64,000 nt of DNA from Octopus vulgaris (taxonomy: Eukaryota). Every line of letters begins with the position of its first letter. Position 1 is the first letter of the stretch. The translations under genes and the position numbers were made by a program. Below, piece after piece: positions 14,375-28,155 of this stretch. The notes beneath the pieces were generated by a model. The model was not told the DNA's origin, did not search any database, and saw only the letters and a program-made list of their open reading frames with translations. The stretch covers positions 38,378,001 through 38,442,000 of the forward strand of contig OX597835.1 of assembly GCA_951406725.2 (NCBI GenBank), read 5' to 3'.

Positions 14375-14735
14375 GGTTCAAGGTTCAGTCTCATTGCGTG
14401 ACAGCTTGGGCAAGTGTCTTCTACTATAGCATCGGGGCGACCAAAGCCTTATAAGTGGATTTGATAGACGGAAACTGGAAGAAACCCATCGTATAAATAT
14501 GTCTTTGTGTGTGTATGTGTGTGTGCACGGGTTTGTTTCACCACCACCGCTTGATAACCGGTGGTGGTGTAATTACATCCCAGTAACTTAGTTGTTCGGC
14601 AAAACAAGCCGATAGAGTAAGTATGATGTTTAAAAAACCCAAGTACTGGGAAGAATTCATTCGACTAAAAATTCTTGAAGGCGGTGCCCCAGCATGGTCG
14701 CAGTCTAATGACTGAAATAGGTAAAAATGATAAAA
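14375..14735 (+). mobile_element. SINE family A, older 5'-truncated copy
   Basis: GGTTCAGTC..TTGGGCAAGTGTCTTCTACTATAGC..GCAGTCTAATGACTGAAA. Confidence 0.8.
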
Positions 14736-14776
14736 GGTACACACAAATATATATAGGCATACATATATATGATTAC

Positions 14777-14824
<48 letters not shown>

Positions 14825-15088
14825 CGAGCTAGCAGAATCGTCAGTATGTCGGATAATGCGCTTAGCAGTATTTCTTTCGTCTCAATACATTTTGAGTTCA
14901 AATCGCGCCGACATCCATTTTGCCTTTCATTGCTTCAAGACTGATAGAGGAGAAAACAAAACCCAGAACTATCAAGTACTGGAATCGACGTAATAGAATT
15001 CTGCCCACCCACAAAAATTACTGACCTTGATCCTACGTCCCTTTCAAGGGAATGTTGAGCTCTTCATCACTTACACACCATAGGGGTC

Positions 15089-15131
<43 letters not shown>

Positions 15132-16439
15132 TATATATATATATGTATATACGGATGTACGTATACATATACATACATATACATACAAATATATATATAT
15201 ATACACACATACATATACATACATGCATACATACATATATGCATAGACACGCACACACACACATATACACGTAAGTGAATAGTTTAAATTTACAGAAATA
15301 CAAAAGACGAAAATAGGAGTATAAACAAGCATGTGTATTAGTTTGACGCTCGAGAAAGTGAGAAAGCGTGTTACGTTTCAAGCCTACGCTCTTCAACAGA
15401 AAGGAATATGAGGAAATAAACAGAGAGAGAATAAACAAAAAGTTGTGGATTTAGCGATCAATCATGGCGACTGGTATATGTAAAACAGAATTTGCGTGTG
15501 GGTATGTGCGTATGTTCCTTATGGATTCGAAATCTGAGTTGCAGATTTTGACGCTTAGGGTATCAAAAGATTTCGTACTTTTTCGGTTACCAAGTAGAGT
15601 TTGCTTTTTGCACAGCAACTATTTTTTTCCTACAAAAGTAACCTCAAAAACGAGGTCGGGTCGCACAATTTTGATATCTTTAGCTAAGGGAGGCAACTCT
15701 GTCTGAACAATCTTTGTTTTACAGAGAGCATAATGAGAAAACGATTCAAATAGATGGAAATTTACCGAGTAATGAAACTTCGAAGATATACCGTCAACTT
15801 TATTAGTATTATTTAGTAGATAATCTTTTAATGTGAAGTAGGTTTGTCTGTGTTTTCTTTAGCCTCGAATTGCCTTTGATGTAGCAGACACACTGCATAG
15901 TTTTTCCTTCTTCCTGAAATACTGTAAATCTGTGTCTTTCTTTTGATGTAAGGGTGTATTTTAAGAGAGATTTAGCTTCTGTTTGTAGTAGCTCAAGTTA
16001 CCACAGACACACCTCTGTGTGAGTGTGTGTTTTGTTGTGGTGAAAAAGAAACAACTTTTTCTCAGAATATTTTGTGCAATAATTTTTCAAGAAATTTGGA
16101 CATCTTTCTTACTGATAACCAATTAACTTCAAATTACAATTGTTAATCGTTGGAACTCAAGTAGACTGAGATATAATATAAAGTTATCATATAGAGGGGA
16201 AATTCATTACGAAGTTTTCAACTCATTATCTTGTAGGTAGTAATCCATTACCTTAGATTTCAAGCCATTAAGTCTTTAAACATTGTTTTACAGGGTTTAG
16301 TCTTTCGACTGTCGCCATGTTGGGGTACCACCTTCAATCATTTAATTGATCATACTGACCTCTGTAAATATTTCAATCTGGCATTTATTTTATAGATCTC
16401 TGATTGATGAACTGCTCACTTCGAGACATAGTGGGACTG

Positions 16440-16960
16440 ACACTATTTTTCTTAGAGTGTGAGCAGTGTCCACGAGAACAATTTTTTTTATAGTTCTGAG
16501 ATTTGGAGTTTCGCAGGATTTGCCCACAGTATTTACGAACGCCATCTGGTATTAACACACAAAGCTCCGATGATTGCAGGTAGGGTTATGGTTCTTAGAT
16601 GCGACCTTTTTCAGCCCTCTATTTCAAGTCCTTGTATTTATTTAACTTCTCAAATATTTTCACAGAAGTGTTGCAGTCTTCTGGGATAAACATATCTATG
16701 AGCAGATATGTTTTGTCAATGTGGTTCCCACCCCGTCAACTTATCTGATCGATTGTCCTGAATCAACCGATCAGTCTGAATGCTAACGTCTCATCGAACG
16801 GTGATGTTTTTTATTATTTACTGCTGCTTTAGCAGGTTTATGTTCCTACCAGTTCTTCTCGTACGGGAGTCTAAATTGACGGCGCATGATTTGACTAGAT
16901 CTATCATAGCGATTTGTATACTCACTTGAGTTTGGAACGATTTAGTTCACAGGGGTTCTC
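16440..16960 (-). pseudogene. R4/Dong-clade LINE restriction-like endonuclease fragment
   Basis: Minus strand: KNW*EHKP...SIQTDRLIQDNRSD...YLLIDMFIPEDCN...EKLNKYKDL...PAIIGAL. Confidence 0.8.
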
Positions 16961-17274
16961 CATCAGAGTTGAACAAGGTCGAAACAACAACAACAGCAAC
17001 AAAAACAGCATCAAAGAATAGATCGACGTTCGATTCAAAAGCTGTGTCGGTGCTAGTGGTACCGTTGGTGTTATTGGTAGTGGTAGAGATTCATATTCCA
17101 GCCCCTTTAATGCTATGTAAAACCGATCTAAAATGCGAGTCTTTAAAATAAACGCTTCAGAGCTTAGAAGTGGAGACGAAATCTATATTTCACAGTTTTA
17201 CATTTTTAGATTTCCATTCTGATAAGAATTTTGCAACTGTTCCAAGAATATGGCCAATGCAGGTGACATTACAG

Positions 17275-17348
<74 letters not shown>

Positions 17349-17903
17349 TATATATATATATACATTATATATATATATATACAATATATTATACATACAC
17401 AACATATTACTCATAGATCTTTCTTCTAAATGGACATTCTTCTAATAGGTTGTCTTCATGTGTGAAAACATTGATTCTTCAGCTACTTCACGTTGGCTAA
17501 GATTTCATTTTATTCCAGGAGAGCAGCGCTTTTTATCTATTTTATCGAGGTGGGCGTAGGCATGGCTGCATGATGAAGAAATTATCTTTGTAATCATGCG
17601 GTTTCGATTTCGGGTTTCAATTTCTTGGGCATGGCGCAAGTTTGTTTTTCTGTTTTAGATTCGAGTTTTTATGTTCTTTCGGCTGTGACTAATGTTTTAT
17701 GAGTGAAACTTAGGAAGGTAGAAACTTTGCATGAAGAGAGGCCACAGTGCATCTATTTATCTCCTTATCTCTTTCACTCTCTCTATCTATTCATATGTGT
17801 GTGTATGTATGTATGTATGTATATATGCATGTATATATTCATGTATGTATCTGTATATATGTCTAGCTGTTTGACTGCCTCTCTCTCTCTCTGCCTATGT
17901 ACC

Positions 17904-17971
<68 letters not shown>

Positions 17972-18139
17972 GTTTGTCTGTCTATCTGTCTGTCTGTCTG
18001 TCTGTCTGCCTGTCTGTCACTTTCTCTCTCCGTCATTATATATATATATGTGTGTATATATATATACACATATATATATATAATATTATCAAAGAGTAAT
18101 CGAAATATTAGATGTTAGCTGTGATGTGACAGCCATGAC

Positions 18140-18385
18140 TGGGTTCTCCTCCTTGTGTGGCAGAGTGCAGAGTCCTTTTGCCAAACATAGGTTGTTGCAG
18201 CAGCCACCCTCTTGACCCAGCGCAGCACTTACTCCTCCAGGCACTTGATGTAGGCCTCCGTATTCAGTGCGCGGCCGTGTGGGAAGATGAAAGGAGGCAT
18301 AACGTTACCATTACTAACGATCACTCCAAACACCATGATGTTGATCGCATGTTTGATATTCATCACTCTCGGTACATGTACTCAG
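18140..18385 (-). pseudogene. maT/DD37D-type (Tc1/mariner superfamily) transposase fragment
   Basis: Minus strand translates KHAINIMVFGVIVSNGNVMPPFIFPHG...EAYIKCLEE*VLRWVKRVA...YVWQKDSALCHT...TQSWL. Confidence 0.8.
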
Positions 18386-18620
18386 ATCGTACTGTCTTCA
18401 AATTGACACCTAAAAACTCTGACATGTTCGTACTGGAGCGTCCGACGTGAATGGCAAGCCGTACAGCATGTCGTTTCCAAATTTCTGACGGAAGGAATTG
18501 CGTCCTGGTGCTGTTTTTCTCAGAGACAGTGCCCAACAGACCCTACTACACCAAAAAACAAACAATGCGCATACCCGAAATAAAAAATATAAGATGGTAA
18601 CAATTTACGCATTACACCCC

Positions 18621-18675
<55 letters not shown>

Positions 18676-18789
18676 TTTAAAATAGTGTACATTTAAACAC
18701 AAAAGAAAACTACCCTTTAACAGGTAATTTTTACATGCTAGAAATAGCAGCCAACATTATAACGAATATCCGCTACCCTATATATGTAT

Positions 18790-18856
<67 letters not shown>

Positions 18857-18859
18857 ATA

Positions 18860-19786
18860 CTACGAGCTTGTTTCGGTTTCCGCCTACCATATCCACTTAC
18901 AAGGTTTTGGTCGGCTCGAGGCTATAGTAGTGTACGCTTGCCGAAGGCACCACGTTGTGGAACCGAACCTGGAACCATATGGTTGGTAAGCAAGCTTCTC
19001 ACCACACAGCCACGCCTGAGCCTGAATAACTATCAGAAATTTTACGATGGACTGCCAGGTAGAGAGAGAGAGAGAAGGAGAGAGAGAAGGAGAGAGAGAG
19101 AGAGTAAGAGGGAGAGGGGGAGAGTGAGAGAGCGAAAGAGATCGAATTTTTCTGACAAACCAATAAAGTATAATGTAATATACTGCCGTATTTCTGTAAA
19201 ATCTCGAAGACTGTCAGGAAGAAACCTGTCATTCATATGTATAGGTTTGTAGGCTGTAATTCTCTTCTGCTGGAAATGTAAATGTAATCAGGAATGTTTA
19301 AGATGTCTGAGATGGCTAAATAGATTCTTGACAATGAAGCCATAGATATTGTCGGTGACGTAATTAGTTTAATGGCAAAAGATTTATGATATATATACAT
19401 ACATACACACACATTCTTTTATTCTTTTATTTGTTTCAGTCATTTAACTGCGGCCATGCTGGATCACCGCCTTTAGTCGAACAAATCGACCCCAGGACTT
19501 ATTCTTTGTGAGCCTAGTACTTATTCTATCGGTCTCTTTTGCCGAACTGCTGTCAAGCAATGTTGGGACATACAAGCATATACATATATATATATATATA
19601 TACGACGGGTTTCTTCCAGTTTCCGTCTACCAAATCCACTCACAAGGCTTTGGTCAACCTTAGGCTATAGTAGAAGATACATGCCCAATATACCACACAG
19701 AGGGACTAACTGAACTCGGAACCATATGGTTGAGAAGCAGGCTACTTACCACACAACCACTCCTGTTCCTATATGTGCATATATAA

Positions 19787-19832
<46 letters not shown>

Positions 19833-19857
19833 ATGCATACACACACACTCGCACGTA

Positions 19858-19925
<68 letters not shown>

Positions 19926-20024
19926 TGCGTGACACCTTGAACAAGTGTCTTCTACTGTAGCCTCGGATCAACCAAAGCCTTTTGAGTGGATTTGGATGAA
20001 GGAAACCGAAGGAAGCCCGTCGTC

Positions 20025-20095
<71 letters not shown>

Positions 20096-20505
20096 TTATG
20101 TGTGTCTGCCTTCGTGTTTGTTTGTCATCCATCATCACTTGACAACTGATGTTGCTGTGTTTACCTCCCGGTAACTTAGCGGTTCGGAAAAATAGTCCGA
20201 TGGAATAAATACTAGGCTTACAAAGAATAAGTCCTATGGTCGACTTCTTCTACTAAAACAGAAACCTCTTAAGGCGGTGCTCCAGCATGGCTACAATCAA
20301 ATGACTGAAACAAGTAAATGAATAAAAGAATACATAGATAGGCGCAGGAGTGGCTGTGTGGTAAGTAGGTTGTTTACCAACCACTTGGTTGGGGGTTCAG
20401 TCCCACTGCGTAGCATCTTGGGCAAGTGTCTTCTGCTATAGCCTCGGGCCGACCATAGCCTTGTGAGTGGATTTGGCAGACGGAAACTGAAAGAAACCCG
20501 TCGTA

Positions 20506-20557
<52 letters not shown>

Positions 20558-20785
20558 CGTCTGTGTGTGTGCGTGTATGTTTGTGTCTCTGTTTGTCCCC
20601 CTAGCATTGCTTGCCAACAGATGCTGGTGTGTTTACGTCCCCGTCACTTAGCGGTTTGGCAAAAGAGACCAATAGAATAAGTACTGGGCTTACAAAGAAT
20701 AAGTCCCGGGGTCGAGTTGCTCGACCAAGGGCGGTGCGCCAGCATGGTCGCAGTCAAATGACTGAAACAAGTAAGAGAATATAAG
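18860..20785. mobile_element. Cluster of four SINE A copies (18860-19018 -, 19414-19768 -, 19926-20330 +, 20339-20785 +)
   Basis: Repeated family A motifs in both orientations. Confidence 0.85.
19150..19260 (+). pseudogene. Possible PLE GIY-YIG remnant
   Basis: NVIYCRISV...FICIGL resembles NVIY...YIGL; short and degenerate. Confidence 0.3.
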
Positions 20786-21291
20786 AATACAGACATACGT
20801 ACCTTACATATATACATGAGCCATTTCAAATGGTATCAGGAATTCTGTGCGTCATTGGATTTGAGTGACAAATGCTCGTGTGACATTTGTCATTCCCTTG
20901 GTCGCGTCAGTAGATTGAAGTGGGAACCATCGCAAGACGCCTGGACTGTCAGTCTATGTCACAGTATGTTTCTCTTAGAAGAGCTGCCTTCCCCAAGGAT
21001 TTCTCAAAAGCAACGGGCGTCTTCTCTAACCCTGGGAAATTTATTTAACCCGTAGAGGAAAGCCTGACAGGCACTACCGTTCCGAGTCAAAAAGGACCTT
21101 GGAATCACTGTAATTAAGGGTCGACTTCCCGCTCCCCACTTTTCAAGAACTTCCGAAGCGGGGACTCATCACCGGAAGTAGTTTAGTGTCATAACCAGGA
21201 CATATGTACATTCATACGTACATATATATATATGTGTGTGTGTATATATGTGTGTATGTGAATGTGTTTGTATGTGTGTGTCATATATGTT

Positions 21292-21392
<101 letters not shown>

Positions 21393-21446
21393 ATATACAC
21401 ACACACTCACACACACACACAAACACACATACACATACACGAGCCC

Positions 21447-21720
21447 ATTGAGGCACATGGTCTAGTGGTTAGAGCAGCGGACTAGCGGTCGAGGGATCGC
21501 GGGTTCGAATCTCAGACCGGGCGATGTGTGTGTTTATGCCCGAAACACCCAATCCCCACGCGGCTCCGGCAGAAGGTCATGGCGAACTTCTGCCGACTCT
21601 CTCGCCAAAAGTTTCTCTCACTCTTTCCTCCTGCATCTTGCAGCTCACCTGCGACGGAACCTATACGCCAAGGAAACCGGGAAACCGGCCCTTATGAGCC
21701 ATGCATGGCTCAAGAAGGAA
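21447..21720 (+). mobile_element. SINE with C-type head and alternative tail
   Basis: GGCACATGGTCTAGTGGTTAGAGCAGCGGAC..GGTTCGAATC..GAAACCGGGAAACCGGCCCTTATGAGCC. Confidence 0.8.
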
Positions 21721-22346
21721 CGCATGAGCACACGTAAATATACGTACATATAAATTTCTGTTGTTTCACCTTGGGCAAGTATCTCCTGCTATAGCCTCGG
21801 GCCGACCACACTCTATGTGGACTTTTAAGGTAGCTCCTGTGGAGCGCTAATTGAGCCTGCGACCCAAAGCTAGAGAGAGAGCTAAATAGCGTAACTATAA
21901 TGCGTCTATAATGACTATATGCCCGGTGGTGTTTTATCGAAGGTTAAGGACGAATGAGAATCATTTCTGTAATGCAATCATTCTATTGTTCCTATCTGAA
22001 GTTGAATTGCAATTGTTGGCCAATTTGTCCCAGGGTCCTTATCTCGACGTAAAATTAACGAAGCGAATGTCATTTATCTCCCCCTTGCTCTCTGACGTCA
22101 TATGACAATTTGTCATCCAAAATGGCGTGAATCAGCCAAGATTCACCTGCTAGAAATAGCCACACAAATGCTTTTAAATCAGATTCCAATGCTGAATGTT
22201 CAAAAACCAAATGAAGGGCAGATTTTCAATCCCAGGATCATCGTCATTCCAAAAAGGCATAATATGTCTATGTAAAGTAAACGTAAACTGAGATTCTGGT
22301 GTCACAGACGGACAAACAGAATTTCGCCTTTATTATTATAGATACA

Positions 22347-22550
22347 TGACTGGCATTCCGTCGGTTACGACGACAAGGGTTCCAGATGATTCGATCAACG
22401 GAACAACATCTTCGTGAAATTAATGTGCAAGGGCTGAGGACTCCACACGCATGCGTAACCTTAACGTAGCTCTCAGTGCCTTTTAGCGTCACACAGTGTG
22501 ACAAGGGTGGCCCTTTGAAATAGAGGTAATACGCAATGTTGCCAGCTGAG
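22347..22550 (-). mobile_element. SINE family C, 3' fragment
   Basis: CCGTCGGTTACGACGAC tail. Confidence 0.75.
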
Positions 22551-22658
22551 TGAACTATGCATGTACATACATACGCACACACACACATATATGTATATAT
22601 ACTTATATAAATGTATATATATATGCATACACACGCACACACACACACACACACACAG

Positions 22659-22721
<63 letters not shown>

Positions 22722-22850
22722 GGGAGCACATAAATACAAAACAATGTGGAGAAAATAGTACTCAAATACCAAGGGTAGAGTAATATGCTTTACTACAAAA
22801 GGTGCAAAATATTCGTAAAGCAGTTAGGTGAATATTTTGTAGCTTTCATG

Positions 22851-22881
<31 letters not shown>

Positions 22882-22883
<2 letters not shown>

Positions 22884-23258
22884 TCTTTTACTATTTTACT
22901 TGTTTCAGTCATTTGACTGCGGCCATGCTGGAGCACCACCTTTAGTCGAGCAAATCGACTCCAGGACTTATTCTATCGGTCTCTTTTGTCGAACCGCTAA
23001 GTTTCGGGGACGTAAACACACCAGCATCGTTTGTCAAGCGATGTTGGGGGGACAAATACAGACACACAAAGATATGCACACACATACATATATATACATA
23101 TATACGACGGGCTTCTTTCAGTTTCCGTCTACCAAATCCACTCACAAGGCCTTGGTCGGCCCGAGGCTATAGTAGAAGACATTTTCCCAAGATGCCACGC
23201 AGTGGGACTGAACCCGGAACCATGTGGTTGGTAAGCAAGCTACTTACCACACAGCCAT
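22882..23258 (-). mobile_element. SINE family A
   Basis: Reverse-strand match. Confidence 0.9.
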
Positions 23259-23925
23259 GTACGTATGTATGTATGTATGTATGTATGTATGTATGTATGT
23301 ATGTATGTATGTATGTATGTATGTATGTATATGTATGTATGTATGTACGTACGTATGTATGTATGTGTGTGTATGTATGTATGTATGTATGCATGTATGT
23401 ATGTATGTGTATGTATGTATGTATGTATGTATGTATGCATCACGTATGTATGTATGTATGTGTGTATGTATGTATGTATGTATGTATGTATGTGTATGTA
23501 TGTATGTATGTATGTATGTATGTGTGTGTATGTATGCATGTATGTATGTATGTACGTATGTATGTATGTATGTATGCATGTATGTATGTATGTGTATGTA
23601 TGTATGTATGTATGTATGTATGCATCACGTATGTATGTATGTATGTGTGTATGTATGTATGTATGTATGTATGTATGTGTATGTATGTATGTATGTATGT
23701 ATGTGTGTGTATGTATGCATGTATGTATGTATGTATGTATGTATGTATGTATGTATGTATGTATGTGTATGTATGTATGTAAGTATGTATGTATGTATGT
23801 ATGTATGTACGTATGTATGTGTGTGTGTATGTATGTATGTATGTATGTATGTATGTATGTATGTATGTACGTACGTATGTATGTATGTATGTATGTATGT
23901 ATGTATGTATGTATGTATATGCATG
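23259..23925. repeat. (TATG)n array with higher-order duplication
   Basis: Variant GCATCACG at 23437 and 23622. Confidence 0.95.
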
Positions 23926-24257
23926 TATAGTCATAAATGACGGAGTAATATTTAAATGAATCTTTATTTAACAATAAAATATTAAAAATATCACAACAAA
24001 ATTGTTTCATTACTAAAAAAAAAATATGTAAATAACGTTTATTATCATATTTAATAATAAATAAGTTACATGTCTGCACTAATACAAAATGTAAAAATTT
24101 CTTTGAAAATAATTTAGAATTTTAGTTATGTCATCAAGTGAAATAGATTTATATTTATATTTTATTTTGCGTATTGCCGCTTTTGTTTATTATATAATAT
24201 TCCCGTTTCCATTTTCCTGAACCATCCATTGATTCATATGGTAAATACTTTGTACTG

Positions 24258-24641
24258 GTGGAGGCGCAATGGCCTAGTGGTTAGGGCAGCGGACTCGCGG
24301 TCATAGGATCGCGGTTTCGATTCCCAGACAGGGCGTTGTGAGTGTTTATTGAGCGAAAACACCTAAAGCTCCACGAGGCTCCGGCAGAGGGTGGTGGTGA
24401 TCGCTGCTGTACTCTTTCGCCACAACTTTCTCTCACTCTTACTTCCTGTTTCTCTTGTATCTGTATTTCAAAGGGCCGGCCTTGTCACTCTCTGTGTCAC
24501 GCTGAATATCCCCGAGAACTACGTTAAGGGTACACGTGTCTGTGGAGTGCTCAGCCACTTACACGTTAATTTCACGAGCAGGCTATTCCGTTGATTCGGA
24601 TCAACCGGAACCTTCGTCGTCGTAACCGACGGAATGCTTCC
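24258..24641 (+). mobile_element. SINE family C (tRNA head, RTE-like tail) with 12-bp TSD
   Basis: A box TGGCCTAGTGG, B box GTTTCGATTCC; TACTTTGTACTG at 24246-24257 and 24642-24653. Confidence 0.93.
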
Positions 24642-24758
24642 TACTTTGTACTGACAGTCGGAATTTAGCCAAAAAATCCTCCGATTTTGTAGTCACCACT
24701 GTTGGGCTTTGAAGCGAAACTAGACTAGTATCTTATGCTTTACTCTTGTATATAATAG

Positions 24759-25160
24759 GCGCAGGAGTGGCTGTGTGGTAAGTAGCTTGTTTACCAACCA
24801 TATGGTTCCGGGTTCAGTCCCACTGCGTGGCACCTTGGGCAAGTGTCTTCTACTATAGCCTCGAGCCGACCAAAGCCTTATGAGTGGATTTGGTAGACGG
24901 AAACTGAAAGAAACTCATCATATATATATATATATATATATATATGCGTGTGTGTGTGTTTGTGTGTCTGCGTTTGTCCCCCTAACATTGCTTGACAACC
25001 GATGCTGGTGTGTTTATGTCCCCGTTACTTAGCGGTTCGGCAAAAGAGACCGATGTACTGGGCGTACAAAAGAATAAGTCCCGGGGTCGAGTTGCTCGAT
25101 CAAAGGCGGTGCTCCAGCATGGATGCAGTCAAATGACTGAAACAAGTATAAAAGTAAAGA
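24759..25160 (+). mobile_element. SINE family A, full length
   Basis: GGCGCAGGAGTGGCTGTGTGG to GACTGAAACAAG. Confidence 0.9.
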
Positions 25161-25337
25161 GAGAGAGTATATTACTATAAATTCTATATAGTTTGTGCAA
25201 TGTCACATTAAGGAACTTTATAATGAGTACTACCGGATTATTTGGATAGATAGATAGGTATATAAACAGACAGATAGATTGATAGATAACATAACGAAGG
25301 CAGCTAGAAGCAATATAAAACCAAAAAGGACAGATTC

Positions 25338-25919
25338 AATTGTCACTAATTGTGACTGAGGGTGCAAAGTAGCACCTACATTGCTAGAAATAAGAGCCAA
25401 AGTCCCTTCAAGCCGTAAAAAAGGCACATGTCTATGCACTGATAGGGAAGATAACCGCCCCACAACGAGTGAGATCTCCATATTAGTCTACTTTCGCTTA
25501 AAAATTAAAGCTTATCAATAGTGACTTTTGTTTCTAGCAATGCAGCAGTTATCCTGCACCATCAGTCACGTTTATTGACAACTTAATTCTTCCTTTTTGC
25601 TTTTATATTGCTTATACCCGCCTTCATTATTTCATAATTTTACATTACCATTTTGCTGAATTATCCATTGATTCATATGGTAAATACTATATACTGGCAG
25701 TCGGGATTTAGCCAAACCATCAAGCGATGAAGTTGTCACTACTGATGAGCCTTAATTTTAAGTGAAACTAGACTAGTACGGTAATCTCACTCGCCGTGGA
25801 GCGGTTATCTCCCCTGTCAATGCATAGATATGTATCTTTTGTGGGTCTAAGAGTCATTGATTCATATTCCAAGTAATGTAAGTGCTACTCTGCACCCTCA
25901 ATCACAATTAGTGATAATT
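25338..25919. repeat. Diverged inverted repeat (25338-25525 vs 25735-25919), pLTR-like, each arm with a hammerhead motif
   Basis: AATTGTCACTAATTGTGACTGAGGGTGCAAAGTAGCAC mirrors GTGCTACTCTGCACCCTCAATCACAATTAGTGATAATT; similarity extends through the hammerhead. Confidence 0.7.
25738..25782 (+). ncRNA. Minimal type I hammerhead motif
   Basis: acta-CTGATGA-GcCTTAAttTTAAGT-GAAA-CTAgacTAG-TA-cggt; stem I imperfect. Confidence 0.6.
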
Positions 25920-26169
25920 ATGTATGTGTGTGTATATGTGTGTGCGTGTGTACACACACAGGTTTGGTAAAAATTCTTGTTACAATGACGAACCTAAAGT
26001 ATTTAGTATTTTTCTAAATATATTTTAATCTAAAGACAAATACTAATTATCTACTTAATATTTACATACTCAATTAATTACAACGATACATTTATGATAT
26101 AGAAAGATGAAATATTTTTATAATTTCTTCTTTTGTTTGAAATTCAGGTACGGCAACATAAATCAATAT

Positions 26170-26375
26170 TACTCTTACTCTGTTACTTGTTTCAGTCATT
26201 TGACTGCGGCCATGCTGGAGCACCGCCTTTAGTCGAACAAATCGACCCCGGGACATATTTTTTGTAAGCCTAGTACTTATTCGATCGGTCTCTTTTGCCG
26301 AAACGCTAGGTTACGGGGACGTAAACACACCAGCATCGGTTGTCAAGCGATGTTGGGGAGACAAACACAGACACA

Positions 26376-26411
<36 letters not shown>

Positions 26412-26560
26412 TATACATATATACGACGGGCTTCTTTCAGTTTCCGTCTACCAAATCCACTCACAAACCTTTGGTCGGCCCGAGGCTATAGTAGAAGACA
26501 CTTGCCCAAGGTGCCACGCAGTGGGACTGAACCCGGGACCATGTCGTTCGTAAGCAAGCT
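26170..26560 (-). mobile_element. SINE family A, 5'-truncated
   Basis: Reverse-strand match. Confidence 0.9.
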
Positions 26561-27439
26561 ATAAAATTATGGAATTGTCATCTGAAGAAAAATGAAAGAT
26601 TCAAATTGCTGCTTTACTTGAGTACACACTGTGAGGAAGATATCAATTCACCTTGATAGAAAGGGGCGAAGTAGGGATCCTCCGAAGGATCTCTGGAGTA
26701 ACCTTATCCGACAGGGTGCGAAACCAACGGTAACGACTTATATGTGTGTGTGACGCGCGCGCGTACGTGCGTGGTTTTCTGTATGCATGCATCAAAGTAG
26801 CGACGTACCTTCGGTCGGCTTCGAGACGGATAACACACCTTATGGGTGGGTTACTATCCATCCGTTGTTTTCCTTTTTTGCTTTGTTTCTTCATCCGGTA
26901 CCACGCAGTGGGACCGAACCCCGAATCATGTGGTTGGGAGACAAGCTTCTTACCTCAAAGCCACGCCTGCGACTATATATATATGTATGTATATGTATGT
27001 GTGTGTGTTTGTGTATGTGTGTGTTTGTGTGTGTGTGTGCGTGCATTGTTGGCATATTTTTTTCTCGGGAGACAATGGAGTTGCGCATAAACTAATCCAG
27101 TTTGGCTTTTACATTTCATATCCTCTCCAGTTTCCTCTCTATTTCTGCGCAGGCCTGGGCTAGACTTAGGAAAATCCTGGGTAGCCCAATCATCAGGATT
27201 CCTTTCTTGACTTTGCTGACGTAGTCCAAAGGAGTGCAGAGCATTACGTTTGGCACCAGCTTGGTCGCAGGAGCCGCCGGAAGAATGTCGAGTCGAATAC
27301 TAAACCGCCTACGGGGCTTCACTCCGGATTCCTTTGAAGGTTGTCTCCTTTCCGTAAACCTGGATAGGGGCTCATACCAGGTACTGTCAGCCGGAGCAAG
27401 CTAGCAAGCTGAGCCCGGGACTCGTGTCAGGCGTGCATA

Positions 27440-27535
<96 letters not shown>

Positions 27536-27782
27536 GTTATATTTCGGAATGGTCATATTGCCAGTTTAGCCAATAAAAACACACGCACTATATATTTGGT
27601 GTTATTTTGCTTCAGTGATATTTATTTTTTACATTAATCTTAATCTTATTTCGGCCAAAGTTCTTTCGTCACACTCCTGTGACCGCATCAGTGGTCCTTT
27701 GTTTTCTTCTCACTTACTTGTGTCTCTCCTTACTAACCGTCAGCCATTTTGTATTTCTATTGTATGTCTTCATTTGCACATG

Positions 27783-27852
<70 letters not shown>

Positions 27853-27856
27853 TATA

Positions 27857-27919
<63 letters not shown>

Positions 27920-28114
27920 AATAAGAAATAAAAACACCTTTTATCAATTCAAAATGAACAATTAAATTACACCATCTAGAAAATTACATATAATAGAAAT
28001 ATAAAAGATAAAATAACAATAATATACCGATGATTAAGTAAATTTCAAAATAATAATAAAAACGTGTATATTTGGTAGAATTACGACACGTGTTTCGTGA
28101 CTATATTTAAGAAA

Positions 28115-28155
<41 letters not shown>

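Noticed and set aside
24258-24335. tRNA genes (here and at 21447, 43341, 46330, 55690)
   Set aside because: A and B boxes continue directly into SINE bodies, some with TSDs; these are SINE heads.
26575-26610. CTGAAGA...GAAA hammerhead candidate in the inverted duplication
   Set aside because: No stem II and no convincing stem I or III pairing.
26643-26894. Duplicated ORFs MKKQSKKGKQRMDSNPP as a small gene pair
   Set aside because: Explained by the inverted duplication; no domain or expression evidence.
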